Below are positions 1 to 10,089 of a stretch of DNA of 46,183 nucleotides, in pieces. The translations under genes were made by a program, and so were the position numbers. The DNA is from a virus (lineage: Duplodnaviria > Caudoviricetes). How positions within the stretch are numbered: position 1 is the stretch's first letter; every line of letters begins with the position of its first letter. Under the pieces are notes generated by a model that saw only the letters and a list, made by a program, of their open reading frames with translations, was not told where the DNA came from and ran no database searches. The stretch spans positions 1 through 46,183 of the IMG/VR virus record IMGVR_UViG_3300044854_000014; one strand, given 5' to 3'.

Positions 1-487
1 TTGTGGCGACTTCACCGTGTCGAGCGGATCGATCACGATCCCGTTCGGCGACGGCATTTCGAGCGGCGCCGGCTCCGGCCTGCTGACCGCGGCGCTGGTC
101 AACTCGTTTGTGACGCTGCCGGCGGTAGTGGGCTTCACCTACAACAGCGACGGCCAGCTGGTGCGGCCGGTCACGCAGGCCGACACCGGCGCGCAGGCCG
201 GTCCGGGCTGGGCCAAGATCGGCCGGCAGTCGCGCGCGGCCGCGCAGATGTACGGCATGGTGAACGGCTCGATCTCCTTCGGCAACGACTTCACCGCGAT
301 GTACGTGGCCAAGCTGCGCTATCCCGACGATACGCCCTACACCGTGCAGCAGCAGTGGACCGGCATCTGGCGCGACAACGTCAATTCGTCCCTTGATTTC
401 GACGGCATGCTGGCCTGGCGCATTTCGCGTCCGCTGCCGGGCTTCATCATGGCAGCGGGCGGCTTTACTTCGAAGGCGGATGTCTGA
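1..487 (+). CDS. C-terminal part of tail tubular protein B (continues from 43007 across the circular join)
   Basis: In frame with the ORF starting at 43007 once the overlap is removed; ends ...GGFTSKADV with TGA overlapping the next ATG. Confidence 0.85.
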   Translation, partial: CGDFTVSSGSITIPFGDGISSGAGSGLLTAALVNSFVTLPAVVGFTYNSDGQLVRPVTQADTGAQAGPGWAKIGRQSRAAAQMYGMVNGSISFGNDFTAMYVAKLRYPDDTPYTVQQQWTGIWRDNVNSSLDFDGMLAWRISRPLPGFIMAAGGFTSKADV

Positions 488-1176
488 TGGTCTCATTGAG
501 CAACAGCACGTTCAGCAACATCGGCGGCGCGGTCTCGGACCTATTCGCGGGCTTGGGCGCCGAGGCCAAGGGCGAACTGCAGGCGCAGGGGCTGCGGATC
601 ACGGCGCAAGGCACGCGGATCACCGCGCAGGGTACGCGCCTGTCGGCGGAAAGCCTACGCACCAAGGCTAAGGGCGACCTGGCCGAGGCGAGCAATTACG
701 ACCTTGCCGCTGGTCTGGCACAGGCAAACGAAGCCTTTACCGAGCAGAGCACCCGTATCCAGAACGCGCAGGCCGCACGGCAGGAAACCCTGGTGCTCGG
801 CGGACAGCGCGCTCAAGTCGCTGGAGCCGGGTTCGCTGCGGGCGGTAGCGCGCTCGACATCATGCGCGATTCGGCGTCGCAGGCGGCCCTGCAGCGTGGC
901 GTGCTCCAGCAGCAGGGGCTCATCACCGAGGCCGGCTATGAGGAGCAAGCCAAGTCGTTTCAGACCATGGCTACGGCCGGCCGGGAAACGGCGGCGAGCG
1001 AGTACGACATTGCGGCCAAGACCGACGTCATCGCCGGGCAGCAGGACCAGATCGCGGCTCAGCAGGACATTCTGGCGCAGCAGACGCAGGATGCGGCCAA
1101 TAAGGAAGCCGAAGGCGACTTCATCGGAAGCGCAATCAAGGGAATCGCTGCCGTCGCATCAGTGTTCCTTGCATAG
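487..1176 (+). CDS. Internal virion/ejection protein (T7 gp14-like position)
   Basis: Ala/Gln-rich helical protein with a GQRAQVAGAGF...GSALDI motif typical of small podovirus ejection proteins; directly after tail tube B. Confidence 0.7.
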   Translation: MVSLSNSTFSNIGGAVSDLFAGLGAEAKGELQAQGLRITAQGTRITAQGTRLSAESLRTKAKGDLAEASNYDLAAGLAQANEAFTEQSTRIQNAQAARQETLVLGGQRAQVAGAGFAAGGSALDIMRDSASQAALQRGVLQQQGLITEAGYEEQAKSFQTMATAGRETAASEYDIAAKTDVIAGQQDQIAAQQDILAQQTQDAANKEAEGDFIGSAIKGIAAVASVFLA

Positions 1177-1185
1177 GAGGCCTGA

Positions 1186-2943
1186 ATGGCCGGCAACATC
1201 CAGCAGTTCAACGCCGGCGATCTCGGGTTGCGGCCATCTGAGGTCGGCGTTGAGGCACGCGCCGGCACCGCGCGCCGCATCGGCATGTTCTCCAACCAGC
1301 AGGCCAGCGCCGAGGAACTTCTGGCGCGCTCGACCTCGCATCTCGGCGGTGAGACGCAGCAGCTGGGACGTCAGACTGCACAACTCGGCTCCGAGGTCGG
1401 TGCCTCAACGGCGGCGGCTGGCCGGGCGATCGGCAGCAGCATCGTGGCTGCCGGCGATGTCGCGGTGAAGTATCTCGACAACAGGCAGATCAGCGAGGGA
1501 GCCAAGTCCTACGCACAACTGTTGCAGGAGACGACCAACGACTGGAACAACCGGATCAAGACTGCCGATCCGAATAATCCGAGCACCGCTTCCGATTTCA
1601 TGTCGGCGCTCGATGAGCGGTTGGCGAACTTCCAGAACAACGGCTTCTATACCGAGAACGCGCAGAAATGGGCCGAGGGCCATGTCGAGGCGCTGCGCCA
1701 GCACTTCGCCGAGAAAACGCAGTCCGACATGGCGACCATGGCCGGACTCGCTGCGAAGGAGAACGCGCGCCAGACCGTGAACACGCTGACGGCGACGGTG
1801 CATGGCGATCCGACCAGCGTCGACTTTGCGCTCGCCGCGTTGAAAAGCTCGACCGACGGCATCATCAAGTCGAACCCGAATCTGACGGGGACGGCGGCGG
1901 CAAGCGTGCGCACCGAGCTGATGCAGGCCGGCGCTGAGTCGATCGTCAAGGCAGCGGCGATCGGCTACATCGACAAGACTGGCCAAATGCCGAAATGGGT
2001 GACCGACCCGAAGTATTCGCCCTACGTCAATGCGACCGAACTGCAGATGTTCGAGAAGCAGGCGAAGGCGCAGCAGAAGGCCAACGCCTATTACGACAAG
2101 CAGACCGCGGTGGCAGAGCGGCAGCTTGCAGACCTGAGGGTGCACCAGGGCGCGACCAAGGTTTTGACCGACAACGTGTCGGTCGATCCGAATACCGGCG
2201 TGCCAATCGTCAAGCCGCAGTTCTTCAAGGACGCGCTTGATATCGCGCGCAAGAACCCGGATGCGCCGAGCGCCGCCGAGACCGTACGCACCATGCTGAA
2301 CTGGGGCGAGGCGCAGCAGAACAAGGAGGCCAAGGCGGTCGACGATCCCACCACAAAGCAGGATCTGACGGACCGGCTGTTCTCGCCGGACAAGCCGACA
2401 ACGGTCATCGACCTGATGAAGGCGCGCGCCGCCGGCAAGCTGAGCGATCACAGCTTCACGTCCATGAAGCAGATGGTCGACGAACTCGAGCAGACGCCGC
2501 TCAAGGGGCCGGTCTGGCAAGCCACGGCGGCGGCGGTGAAGGATGCCCTGATCGTGACGCTGCCAGGCGTGCCCGGCAAGGACATGAAGGGCTCGGAGGC
2601 CTATGCGAGCTTCATGCAGACCTTCATCCCGCAGTACATCGCGAAGTCGCGCGCGGGCACGCTGGAGCCTAATGCGCTCGATGTGAAAGACCCGAACTCG
2701 ATGATCTCCAAGGCGATGGCGCCGTTCAAGCGCACGCCGGCGGAACGCATGAAGGATTTCACGGCGAGTATCGGCGGGCTGGGTGCCGCCGCTCCGGCCG
2801 AGGCGCCGAAGGCCGAAGGTCAGACCGTGCCGCCAGCACTCCGCGGTATCGCCGCGCTTCAGTACAACCCCAGCAAGAAGCTTTGGCGCGATCAGACCAG
2901 TGGCATCATCTATGACGCCAACGGCAAACAGGTGACCCCCTGA
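1186..2943 (+). CDS. Internal virion/ejection protein (585 aa)
   Basis: SD aggagg; helical Ala/Gln/Lys-rich sequence; lies between the small and large ejection proteins. Confidence 0.65.
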   Translation: MAGNIQQFNAGDLGLRPSEVGVEARAGTARRIGMFSNQQASAEELLARSTSHLGGETQQLGRQTAQLGSEVGASTAAAGRAIGSSIVAAGDVAVKYLDNRQISEGAKSYAQLLQETTNDWNNRIKTADPNNPSTASDFMSALDERLANFQNNGFYTENAQKWAEGHVEALRQHFAEKTQSDMATMAGLAAKENARQTVNTLTATVHGDPTSVDFALAALKSSTDGIIKSNPNLTGTAAASVRTELMQAGAESIVKAAAIGYIDKTGQMPKWVTDPKYSPYVNATELQMFEKQAKAQQKANAYYDKQTAVAERQLADLRVHQGATKVLTDNVSVDPNTGVPIVKPQFFKDALDIARKNPDAPSAAETVRTMLNWGEAQQNKEAKAVDDPTTKQDLTDRLFSPDKPTTVIDLMKARAAGKLSDHSFTSMKQMVDELEQTPLKGPVWQATAAAVKDALIVTLPGVPGKDMKGSEAYASFMQTFIPQYIAKSRAGTLEPNALDVKDPNSMISKAMAPFKRTPAERMKDFTASIGGLGAAAPAEAPKAEGQTVPPALRGIAALQYNPSKKLWRDQTSGIIYDANGKQVTP

Positions 2944-5900
2944 TGGCCGATGATGGATGGATCGACGTCGCGCAGAAGCCCGCCGACGACGGCTGGGTGA
3001 ACGTCGGCAGTCAGCAGCAGCCGCCAGCCGAGCAGCCGTCATCGTTCAATCCGATCGACGAGGGCTACTGGAGCTCGGCCGGCCGCGACATGGTCAACAC
3101 GACCAGCACCGGCGGCATCATGGCAGCGTTCGGCCAGGGTTTCCGCGAGGCGTCCGGCCCGGAGCCGCTCGGCCTGTCGCCGGAGAGCGTCAAGGCGCTG
3201 TCCAAGCTCGGCATCTTCGCGCCCGAAGGCCAGAAGGAATTCCAGAACCCGTTCCAGGCGTTCAACGAGGGCATCATCCTGCCGGCCGCTGCTGTGCTCG
3301 ACGGCGCGATCCGCACGTTCAACGGCACCTATCGCGGGCTGCAGGCGGCGGGGATCGCGGCCGGGCTGCCGAACGACATCGTCAGCCTGCCGGATGCGTT
3401 CGCGGGCTCTCCTGGCGCGCTGGGCGAGATCAGGGTGCGTCCGGGCCTCCCGGAAGCCACCATGCGCGTGATTGAGGAGGGGCCGCCACCAGGGATGAAG
3501 CCGAGCAACGGCCTGAAACTGACCGAAGCGCCGGAGGGTGGTGTCTATACGCCGGACCAGTTCAAGCCGGGTGAGAGGTATTTCAAGGCGCTCGATGCCG
3601 ACGGCAATGTCGCGGCCGAAATGCTCGTCAAGATCGAAGGCAAGACCGCGCGTATCGAGGACATCCTGAATCCGAATGCGCCACGCGAGGAAGGTATCGG
3701 CACGGTCGGAACCTCCGATATGCTCGGCCTGCTGAAGCAATTCCGTGAGAAGAACCCGGAGGTTACCGAGATCACCGGAAACCGGGTCAGCGGCGCGCGC
3801 GAAGGCGGCGGCTATGATCTCGAGGCGAAGAACGAGATTGCCATCACACTACCTGCCGCAAAGGATCTCGGCGTCATCGGACCGGACCGCTTGCCGATCA
3901 GCGAGGGCACGCCGGCCGAGGCCGCGCAGCGCACCGTAGCCGCCAATGCCAAGCCGGGCGAGAAGGTGACGCAGGAGGTCGGCGGCGAGCCGAATCCTTG
4001 GCGCGAGCGGTTCGACCAGTTCGTCGGCAAGATCAAGACCGGCGACGACGTCAAGCAGCTGATCACGGATGCCGCCGATCAGAACGGCGAGTTTCAGGCA
4101 GCGCGCGCGGGCGAGATTCCGCTGAAGCAGTTCGGCGACATCACCGAGGCGGCTGGCGTCGATCCTGGCACCGTGGACCGCTCCGGCGTCGGTCGGCTGC
4201 TGCGCAACGACAACATGGTCCGCAACGCGATGCAGGGCATGCTGAGCGCCACGGAGCAGGTCAAGGCTGCAGCGCGCGACGTCAAGGCCGATCCGTCCGA
4301 GGCCAACCTGATGAAGCTTCAGGAGGCCATGCTGCGGCGTGACACCTGGGTCGAGCAGGTCGTCGGCCATCGCGCGGAGTGGGGCCGCACCGGCAACGTG
4401 TTTCAGGAGTTCCTAGTGCGTTCCAAGGAGGAGGGCGGCTTCACGCAGTTCCTGAAAGACCAGGACCGCTCGCCGGAGGGGCTGAAGAAACTCGCCGACG
4501 CGATCGACAACCTCGATCCGGCGCAGGCCGCCAAGCTGCTGAGCGACGCCAACAAGCCGACGTTCTGGGACAAGTTCAAATGGTATTGGGTTAACGCGCT
4601 GATCTCGGGACCGGTCACGCATGCCAAGTACATCGTGGCCAACGCGGCGTTCGGCGCCTACGAGGCGGCCATCACGACGCCAGTGGCGGGCGCGATCGGC
4701 GCGGTCCGGCGCGGCGTGTTCGGCGGCAACGAAGGCGTGTTCGTGGGCGAGGCGGCGGCCAAGACCTGGGGCCTCATCGCCGGCGTCCCTGACGCGCTCA
4801 AGGCCGCGGTCGAGGCCGGCCGCACCGGGTTGCAGACCCCTCTCCCGGGCGAGCTGGCGCAAGGCATCGTCCCGAAGCGCAACCAGAACGTCGCCTACCA
4901 GCAGCGGCCGATCCCGGGCGCCTTGGGCGCCGTCATTGGCGTGCCCAGCAAGGGCGCCAGCGCCATCCATTCGTTTTTCAACTTCCTGGGCTACCGAGCC
5001 TCGATCGAGGCGCAGGCCTATAGGGCGGCCGCCAAGGAAGGCCTGAGCCCGCTCAACGACGCATTCTGGCAGCGCCGGGAGGGGATGGCGGCGCGTCCGA
5101 CCGAGGAGATGATGAACGCTGCGATCGAGGACGGTTACCGGCTGACCTACATCTCCGAGCTCGGCGACACCGGCCGCAAGCTGTCAGCCTTCGTCAACTC
5201 GACCAAGGCCGGCCAGCTAATCATGCCGTTCACCCACATCCCGCTGAACATCCTCAAGCGCGCGGTCGAGGGCACGCCGGCGGCATGGCTGGACAAGGAA
5301 ACCCGCGAGGCCATGGCCGGCAAGCACGGCGCGGCGAAGCAGGACATGGCCATCGCCCGCATGGTCACCGGCGCGGCCGTCGGCGGCTGGGCGGTCAACC
5401 AGGTGCTGAACGAGCGGATGACCGGGTTTGGCCCGACCGACCCGAAGGAGCGCGCCGAGTGGATGGCGGCGGGCCATCAGCCCTATTCGATCAGGATCGG
5501 CGACGAGTGGCTATCGTTCAACCGGTTCGGCTCGCTCGGCACCATGCTGGGGCTCTACGCCAACCTTGCCGAGGTGATCCCGCATATGAAGCCGGATTCC
5601 GAGGAGCTGACCAAGGCCATCGGAATGACCGTGCACTCGACCGGCCGATTGATGGAGGATGAGGTCGGCATGCAGGGGCTATCGAACCTGATGCAGGCGA
5701 TCGACCAGCCTGACCGCAGCGGCTCGCGCTACGTCGCCAATTTCACCGGCTCGCTGCTGCCGTACTCGTCGCTGCTGCGCCAGGTCGCAAGCTCGATGGA
5801 CCCCTCGATGCGCGAAGCCAAGACCGTCGTTGACGGCCTGCGCTATTACATTCCGGTCGCACGCCAAGGCCTGCTGCCGAAGCGGGACTGGTCGGGCACG

Positions 5901-6329
5901 CCGATCGCCAACGCCGGCTATGGCGGCGACCTGCCGGTGCCAGGCCTGTCCTCGATCATCCAGCACCGCAGTGCCGTCGCCGATCCGGTCGCGCTGGAAT
6001 TTCAGGCGCTCGACATCAAGCCGGCTCCGCCGCAGGACCGCATCAAGGGCGTGAAGCTGCCGCCGCAGCTCTACGACATCTACCAGTCCACCGCCGGCCC
6101 GTTCACCCGAACCGCGCTCGAGCATTACGTCAACACGCCCGGTTGGCATGACCTGCCGATCGGCGTGCGCGCGGACATCTTCCGCTCGACCATCCGGGCG
6201 ACCCGGGAGGCCGCGGGTGCCGCGATGCAGATGCGCTATCCTCAGCTAATCCAGCAGGGGGTCGAGGACCGGGTGAACCGCATCAATGGCGGCAAGCCGG
6301 GCAAGCTCCAGGACGTCTCCGCGCCGTAG
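2943..6329 (+). CDS. Large internal virion/DNA ejection protein (1128 aa)
   Basis: Size and position; motifs such as NALISGPVTH, IMPFTHIPLNI and QPYSIRIGDEWLSFNRF resemble large podovirus ejection proteins. Confidence 0.7.
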   Translation: MADDGWIDVAQKPADDGWVNVGSQQQPPAEQPSSFNPIDEGYWSSAGRDMVNTTSTGGIMAAFGQGFREASGPEPLGLSPESVKALSKLGIFAPEGQKEFQNPFQAFNEGIILPAAAVLDGAIRTFNGTYRGLQAAGIAAGLPNDIVSLPDAFAGSPGALGEIRVRPGLPEATMRVIEEGPPPGMKPSNGLKLTEAPEGGVYTPDQFKPGERYFKALDADGNVAAEMLVKIEGKTARIEDILNPNAPREEGIGTVGTSDMLGLLKQFREKNPEVTEITGNRVSGAREGGGYDLEAKNEIAITLPAAKDLGVIGPDRLPISEGTPAEAAQRTVAANAKPGEKVTQEVGGEPNPWRERFDQFVGKIKTGDDVKQLITDAADQNGEFQAARAGEIPLKQFGDITEAAGVDPGTVDRSGVGRLLRNDNMVRNAMQGMLSATEQVKAAARDVKADPSEANLMKLQEAMLRRDTWVEQVVGHRAEWGRTGNVFQEFLVRSKEEGGFTQFLKDQDRSPEGLKKLADAIDNLDPAQAAKLLSDANKPTFWDKFKWYWVNALISGPVTHAKYIVANAAFGAYEAAITTPVAGAIGAVRRGVFGGNEGVFVGEAAAKTWGLIAGVPDALKAAVEAGRTGLQTPLPGELAQGIVPKRNQNVAYQQRPIPGALGAVIGVPSKGASAIHSFFNFLGYRASIEAQAYRAAAKEGLSPLNDAFWQRREGMAARPTEEMMNAAIEDGYRLTYISELGDTGRKLSAFVNSTKAGQLIMPFTHIPLNILKRAVEGTPAAWLDKETREAMAGKHGAAKQDMAIARMVTGAAVGGWAVNQVLNERMTGFGPTDPKERAEWMAAGHQPYSIRIGDEWLSFNRFGSLGTMLGLYANLAEVIPHMKPDSEELTKAIGMTVHSTGRLMEDEVGMQGLSNLMQAIDQPDRSGSRYVANFTGSLLPYSSLLRQVASSMDPSMREAKTVVDGLRYYIPVARQGLLPKRDWSGTPIANAGYGGDLPVPGLSSIIQHRSAVADPVALEFQALDIKPAPPQDRIKGVKLPPQLYDIYQSTAGPFTRTALEHYVNTPGWHDLPIGVRADIFRSTIRATREAAGAAMQMRYPQLIQQGVEDRVNRINGGKPGKLQDVSAP

Positions 6330-6339
6330 CGGTGCGTTG
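6329..6339 (+). promoter_or_regulatory. Late-promoter motif GCGGTGCGTTG (copy 1)
   Basis: Exact motif 42 nt upstream of ATG 6371; seven copies in the genome. Confidence 0.75.
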
Positions 6340-6370
6340 CTGGTGGGGGCCTGACCGGGACAATCCCGGC

Positions 6371-8848
6371 ATGCGCAACGCCCTGAAATACCTCGCCCTT
6401 GCCGCGGCCCTGCTGCCGGGATCGTCTCTCGGGCAGTCGCCTCAATTCCCCAAGAATCTGCCCGGACAAACGGTCGTCGGCCGCCTGGCGACCAGCACCG
6501 GACCATCACAGGCGATCCCGTTCAGCGTCCTCTCAGCGCAGATGACCAGCGCGTCGATCAGGCTGAACTCAGGAAACGGCCAGACGGCGCCCGGACTCAT
6601 GGCCGGTGGTGGCACCTACAGCTTCGGCTCGACGACAGACACGCCGCGGATGACCGGCCTCGGCCTCGGCGGCGTCGCGCCGGCGACGGGCTTGGAAGTC
6701 TACAACGCGGCCGTGACCCCGACCGGCAACAGTCAGGGCATGCTCGGCGCCAACACCACCAACGGCGGCGTCTTCACCGGCCAGGGCTCGCTCTACGACG
6801 CCTCGATCGCCAACAAGAGCGGCTTGATCGCGCTCGGCGTCACGACGGGGACGCAGGACATCGTTCTCGGCGGCGGGCTGACGGCCGCCTCGCTGTCGAC
6901 ATCGGGCACGGTCGCGGGCTCGCTGTGCGCGACATCGGCCGGCAAGATCCTATACGAGGCCGCGGTCAACTGCTTCACGGTGTCCGGCATCTCGGTTGTC
7001 AGCGGCAAGACCCTGACCGTCGACAACACCATCGAACTCGCTGGCACCGACGGCACCAAGTTCACCTTCCCGGGCGCCACCGACACCGTCGAGACCCTGG
7101 CCGCGACCCAGACGGTTTCCGGCGTCAAGACCTTCTCCGGCACCTTCAATTGCACCGGAACGTGCCAGCTCAGCGGCACCGCGTTCGGCACGTTCGCCAC
7201 CCAGAACTATGCGACGCCGCCTGCGATCGGCGGTACCACGCCGAACACCGGCGCGTTCTCGACGCTGACGGCGACCACCCCGATCGGGCTGACGAGCGGC
7301 GGCACCAATGCCGGAACGGCGGCGGCGGCGCGCGCGTCCGGCGGCCTCAACGTCGACCAACTGACCTCGCACGGCGACAGCAATTACCAGATCCTGGCGA
7401 CCGACCGTACCGTCGGCACATCCGCAACCCTGACCTCGCCGCGGACATGGACCCTGCCGGCGGCCTCGGCCGTGAATTCCGGGCAGCATCTTTATGTCCA
7501 GGATTTCAAGGGCCTAGTATCATCCACCAACACGATCACGATCCCGCGCAACGGCAGCGACACGATCAACGGCGGCACCGGCTCGCAGGTCATCAATACC
7601 TCGAACGGCGGCTTCCTGTTCATCTCGGACGGCATTTCGAACTGGAGCGCTCAGGCGCTGGGCGCGCAGGCGGTCGCTGGTGTCGCCAGCATCAACGGCC
7701 AGACCGGCAATCCGAGCATCGTTGCCGGCACCGCGATCTCCGTGTCGACCAGCGGCGGCAACATCAGCGTCGTGAACACCGGCGTCACCGCGCTCAACAG
7801 CCAGACCGGCTCCGTCAACTTCTACCAGACCCCGCAAATCCGCCTCACCCTGACGCAGGGCACGCCGGTCACGACTACGGACGTGACCGCGGCGACGAGC
7901 CTCTATCTCGAGCCGTACAACGGTGCCCAGATCACGGTCTATGACGGCTCGTCGAGCTGGGTGCCGCTGCCTGTCGCGTCATCGACCTACAGCCTGCCCG
8001 CGACCCAGACGCAGAGCGGCACGACGCACACCAACACCACCTTGGACGGTCTGACCGACACGTCGCAGCTGGTCGTCGGTATGCAGGTGACAGGCACCAA
8101 CATCGCCGCAAGCTCGACGATTACGGTCATCAACTCCAGCACGTCGGTCACGCTGAACAACGCGACCACGGGCAGCGCGACGAACACGATGACGTTCAAG
8201 CTGCCGGCGAACACCAACTATGACGTCTACGCCATCGCCAACAGCGGCGTGCCGAAGATCATCTGGTCCGCGGCCTGGTCGAACGACACGACGCCGCCGA
8301 CCCGCGCGCTGCAGAACGGTGTCGAGGTCGCGAGCGGAACGACGACGAGCCGCCTCATCGGCTCGGTGCGGACGACCTCGGTGGCAGGCCAGCTCGAGGA
8401 CAGCCACACCCATCGCTTCGTCTCCAATCGCTACAACGAGCAGCCGCGGCCGATGTATGCGACAGACGCGACGGCATCGTGGACCTACAGCACCGCGAGC
8501 TATCGCCAGGCCAACGCGGCCACAGGCAACCAGCTTGATTACATCGCGTGCGTGGCGCGTCCGATCTGGGCTCAGGCGCAGGCATTGGCCGTCAACAATA
8601 CCGGCGTCAACAACGTAAACGTCGGCATCGGCATCGACAGCGCCTCCGCAAGCTCGGCTCAACTGGTTCAGATAGCGAACCTCTCCGGGACGATCTACGT
8701 CCCCACCAATGCGATCTATACGGGGACGCCTGGCCTGGGCCGACATTACGTGACCTGGCTGGAATTCGGCGGCGGCTCCAATACGCAGACATGGCTTGGA
8801 ACGTCTGCCAACAACATCCCCGGCATCATCGGCGAGATTGCAAACTGA
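6371..8848 (+). CDS. Tail fibre/adhesin-like protein (825 aa) with an N-terminal signal peptide
   Basis: Thr/Gly/Ser-rich beta-type sequence with fibre-like segments (PIGLTSGGT, VASINGQTG, VTALNSQTG, TWTLPAASAV...DTING); N-terminus MRNALKYLALAAALLPGSSLG|Q. Confidence 0.7.
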   Translation: MRNALKYLALAAALLPGSSLGQSPQFPKNLPGQTVVGRLATSTGPSQAIPFSVLSAQMTSASIRLNSGNGQTAPGLMAGGGTYSFGSTTDTPRMTGLGLGGVAPATGLEVYNAAVTPTGNSQGMLGANTTNGGVFTGQGSLYDASIANKSGLIALGVTTGTQDIVLGGGLTAASLSTSGTVAGSLCATSAGKILYEAAVNCFTVSGISVVSGKTLTVDNTIELAGTDGTKFTFPGATDTVETLAATQTVSGVKTFSGTFNCTGTCQLSGTAFGTFATQNYATPPAIGGTTPNTGAFSTLTATTPIGLTSGGTNAGTAAAARASGGLNVDQLTSHGDSNYQILATDRTVGTSATLTSPRTWTLPAASAVNSGQHLYVQDFKGLVSSTNTITIPRNGSDTINGGTGSQVINTSNGGFLFISDGISNWSAQALGAQAVAGVASINGQTGNPSIVAGTAISVSTSGGNISVVNTGVTALNSQTGSVNFYQTPQIRLTLTQGTPVTTTDVTAATSLYLEPYNGAQITVYDGSSSWVPLPVASSTYSLPATQTQSGTTHTNTTLDGLTDTSQLVVGMQVTGTNIAASSTITVINSSTSVTLNNATTGSATNTMTFKLPANTNYDVYAIANSGVPKIIWSAAWSNDTTPPTRALQNGVEVASGTTTSRLIGSVRTTSVAGQLEDSHTHRFVSNRYNEQPRPMYATDATASWTYSTASYRQANAATGNQLDYIACVARPIWAQAQALAVNNTGVNNVNVGIGIDSASASSAQLVQIANLSGTIYVPTNAIYTGTPGLGRHYVTWLEFGGGSNTQTWLGTSANNIPGIIGEIAN

Positions 8849-9834
8849 TGACGAAGTTCCTGCGCTGGCTTTTTGCTCCGTTCATCATCTGGGGGCTTTG
8901 CGCCGCCCAGCCGGTCGCGATCACGCGGGCGTTCAATCTCCCCGCCAACGATCCATATTCGCTCGCTGTCGTCGCGCCGTTCGTCCCCGGAAACCCGAAC
9001 GTCAACTATTTCCCGGACTGGAACAATCCGAACGGGAAAGAAGTCGTCGATATGTCGACCCTCACGGGGACGACGATCGTCATCATCGTGCTCGGCCAGT
9101 CGAACACCACCAATGTCACGCCAGCCCTTTACGTCCCGACGAACCGCACCGGCGTCATCAATTTCAACATCAGCGATGGCGGGTTCTACCGCGCCGCGTC
9201 CGGCGGCGGCGCGATCGACCCGCTGCTCGGATGCTCCGGCGACGTCGATTATGGACTGCCGAACAAATGGCCGAACGGCAACTGGATCGGGCAGCTTGCG
9301 GACCAGCTGATCTCGGCCGGCAAGGCGACCAATGTCGTCATCGTGCCGATCGGCGTCGGCGGCAGCTTTGCAGCAGATTGGGCGGTCGGCGGCTCGAACA
9401 ACCCGCGCATCGGCGTTGCCCACGCCCGCATGGTCGTGGCGGGCCTGACGCCCAACGCGATCATCTACGGCCAGGGCGAGAGCGACAACGGCGCGACCTC
9501 GCAGGTCAACTATACCGCGAGCGGCAATTCCATGATCGCGACGCTCCGGTCGTTCTGGCCGAGCACTGGCATCCCGATCCTGATCAACACCGAATCCTAC
9601 ATCAATACCCTGACCGACGCGAACGTGACCAACGCGCAGGCGGCACTGGTCAACCATGGCAATGGCGTATGGGCCGGCGCAAATGCCGATGCGCTGGTCG
9701 GCAACGTCTGCGGCGCCGGGGCGAACACGAACTGCCGCCAATCGGACAACACCCACTGGTCGGTCGCCGGCGCCTATTCTATTGCCGCGGCCGAGGTGAC
9801 CGCGCTGCATGCGACCGGCGTGTCGCCGTTCTAG
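8848..9834 (+). CDS. SGNH/SASA-family (sialate O-acetylesterase/CE6-like) carbohydrate esterase with a signal peptide
   Basis: GQSN, GQGESD and DNTH (DxxH) catalytic blocks; N-terminus MTKFLRWLFAPFIIWGLCAA|Q; translationally coupled (TGATG) to the fibre gene. Confidence 0.8.
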   Translation: MTKFLRWLFAPFIIWGLCAAQPVAITRAFNLPANDPYSLAVVAPFVPGNPNVNYFPDWNNPNGKEVVDMSTLTGTTIVIIVLGQSNTTNVTPALYVPTNRTGVINFNISDGGFYRAASGGGAIDPLLGCSGDVDYGLPNKWPNGNWIGQLADQLISAGKATNVVIVPIGVGGSFAADWAVGGSNNPRIGVAHARMVVAGLTPNAIIYGQGESDNGATSQVNYTASGNSMIATLRSFWPSTGIPILINTESYINTLTDANVTNAQAALVNHGNGVWAGANADALVGNVCGAGANTNCRQSDNTHWSVAGAYSIAAAEVTALHATGVSPF

Positions 9835-10025
9835 GCGAACGAACGGGCCTTTGCTTCGCCTTCCAGGAAGAAGTGCCAGCGCGGCCTGCGGTAGCCGACA
9901 ATCAGCCCTGTGCCCTCGTGATATTGGGTCTCGACTCCCGGCATATCGTAGAAATTGCACCGTGGGACGATCTCATTCGGATCAAATCCAGCGGCCGCGC
10001 AAGCGGCTTTTGCCTCAGATTCCAT
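9831..10025 (-). CDS. Small hypothetical protein (64 aa), antisense moron
   Basis: ORF with a G-rich SD (gagggggt) in a lower-GC patch between the tail and lysis genes. Confidence 0.5.
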   Translation of the reverse strand: MESEAKAACAAAGFDPNEIVPRCNFYDMPGVETQYHEGTGLIVGYRRPRWHFFLEGEAKARSFA

Positions 10026-10089
10026 ATCAAAACCCCCTCAAAAACGGGACGTTCTATATCACCACAACCTCGCGGCGAGCAAGCCGTCG

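Noticed and set aside
1-127. Terminal direct repeat as a biological DTR
   Set aside because: It is 127 nt (a common assembler k-mer length) and falls mid-gene, so it is an assembly overlap.
6371-9834. BPP-1-style diversity-generating retroelement
   Set aside because: No reverse transcriptase, no avd gene and no adenine-mismatched TR/VR pair seen.
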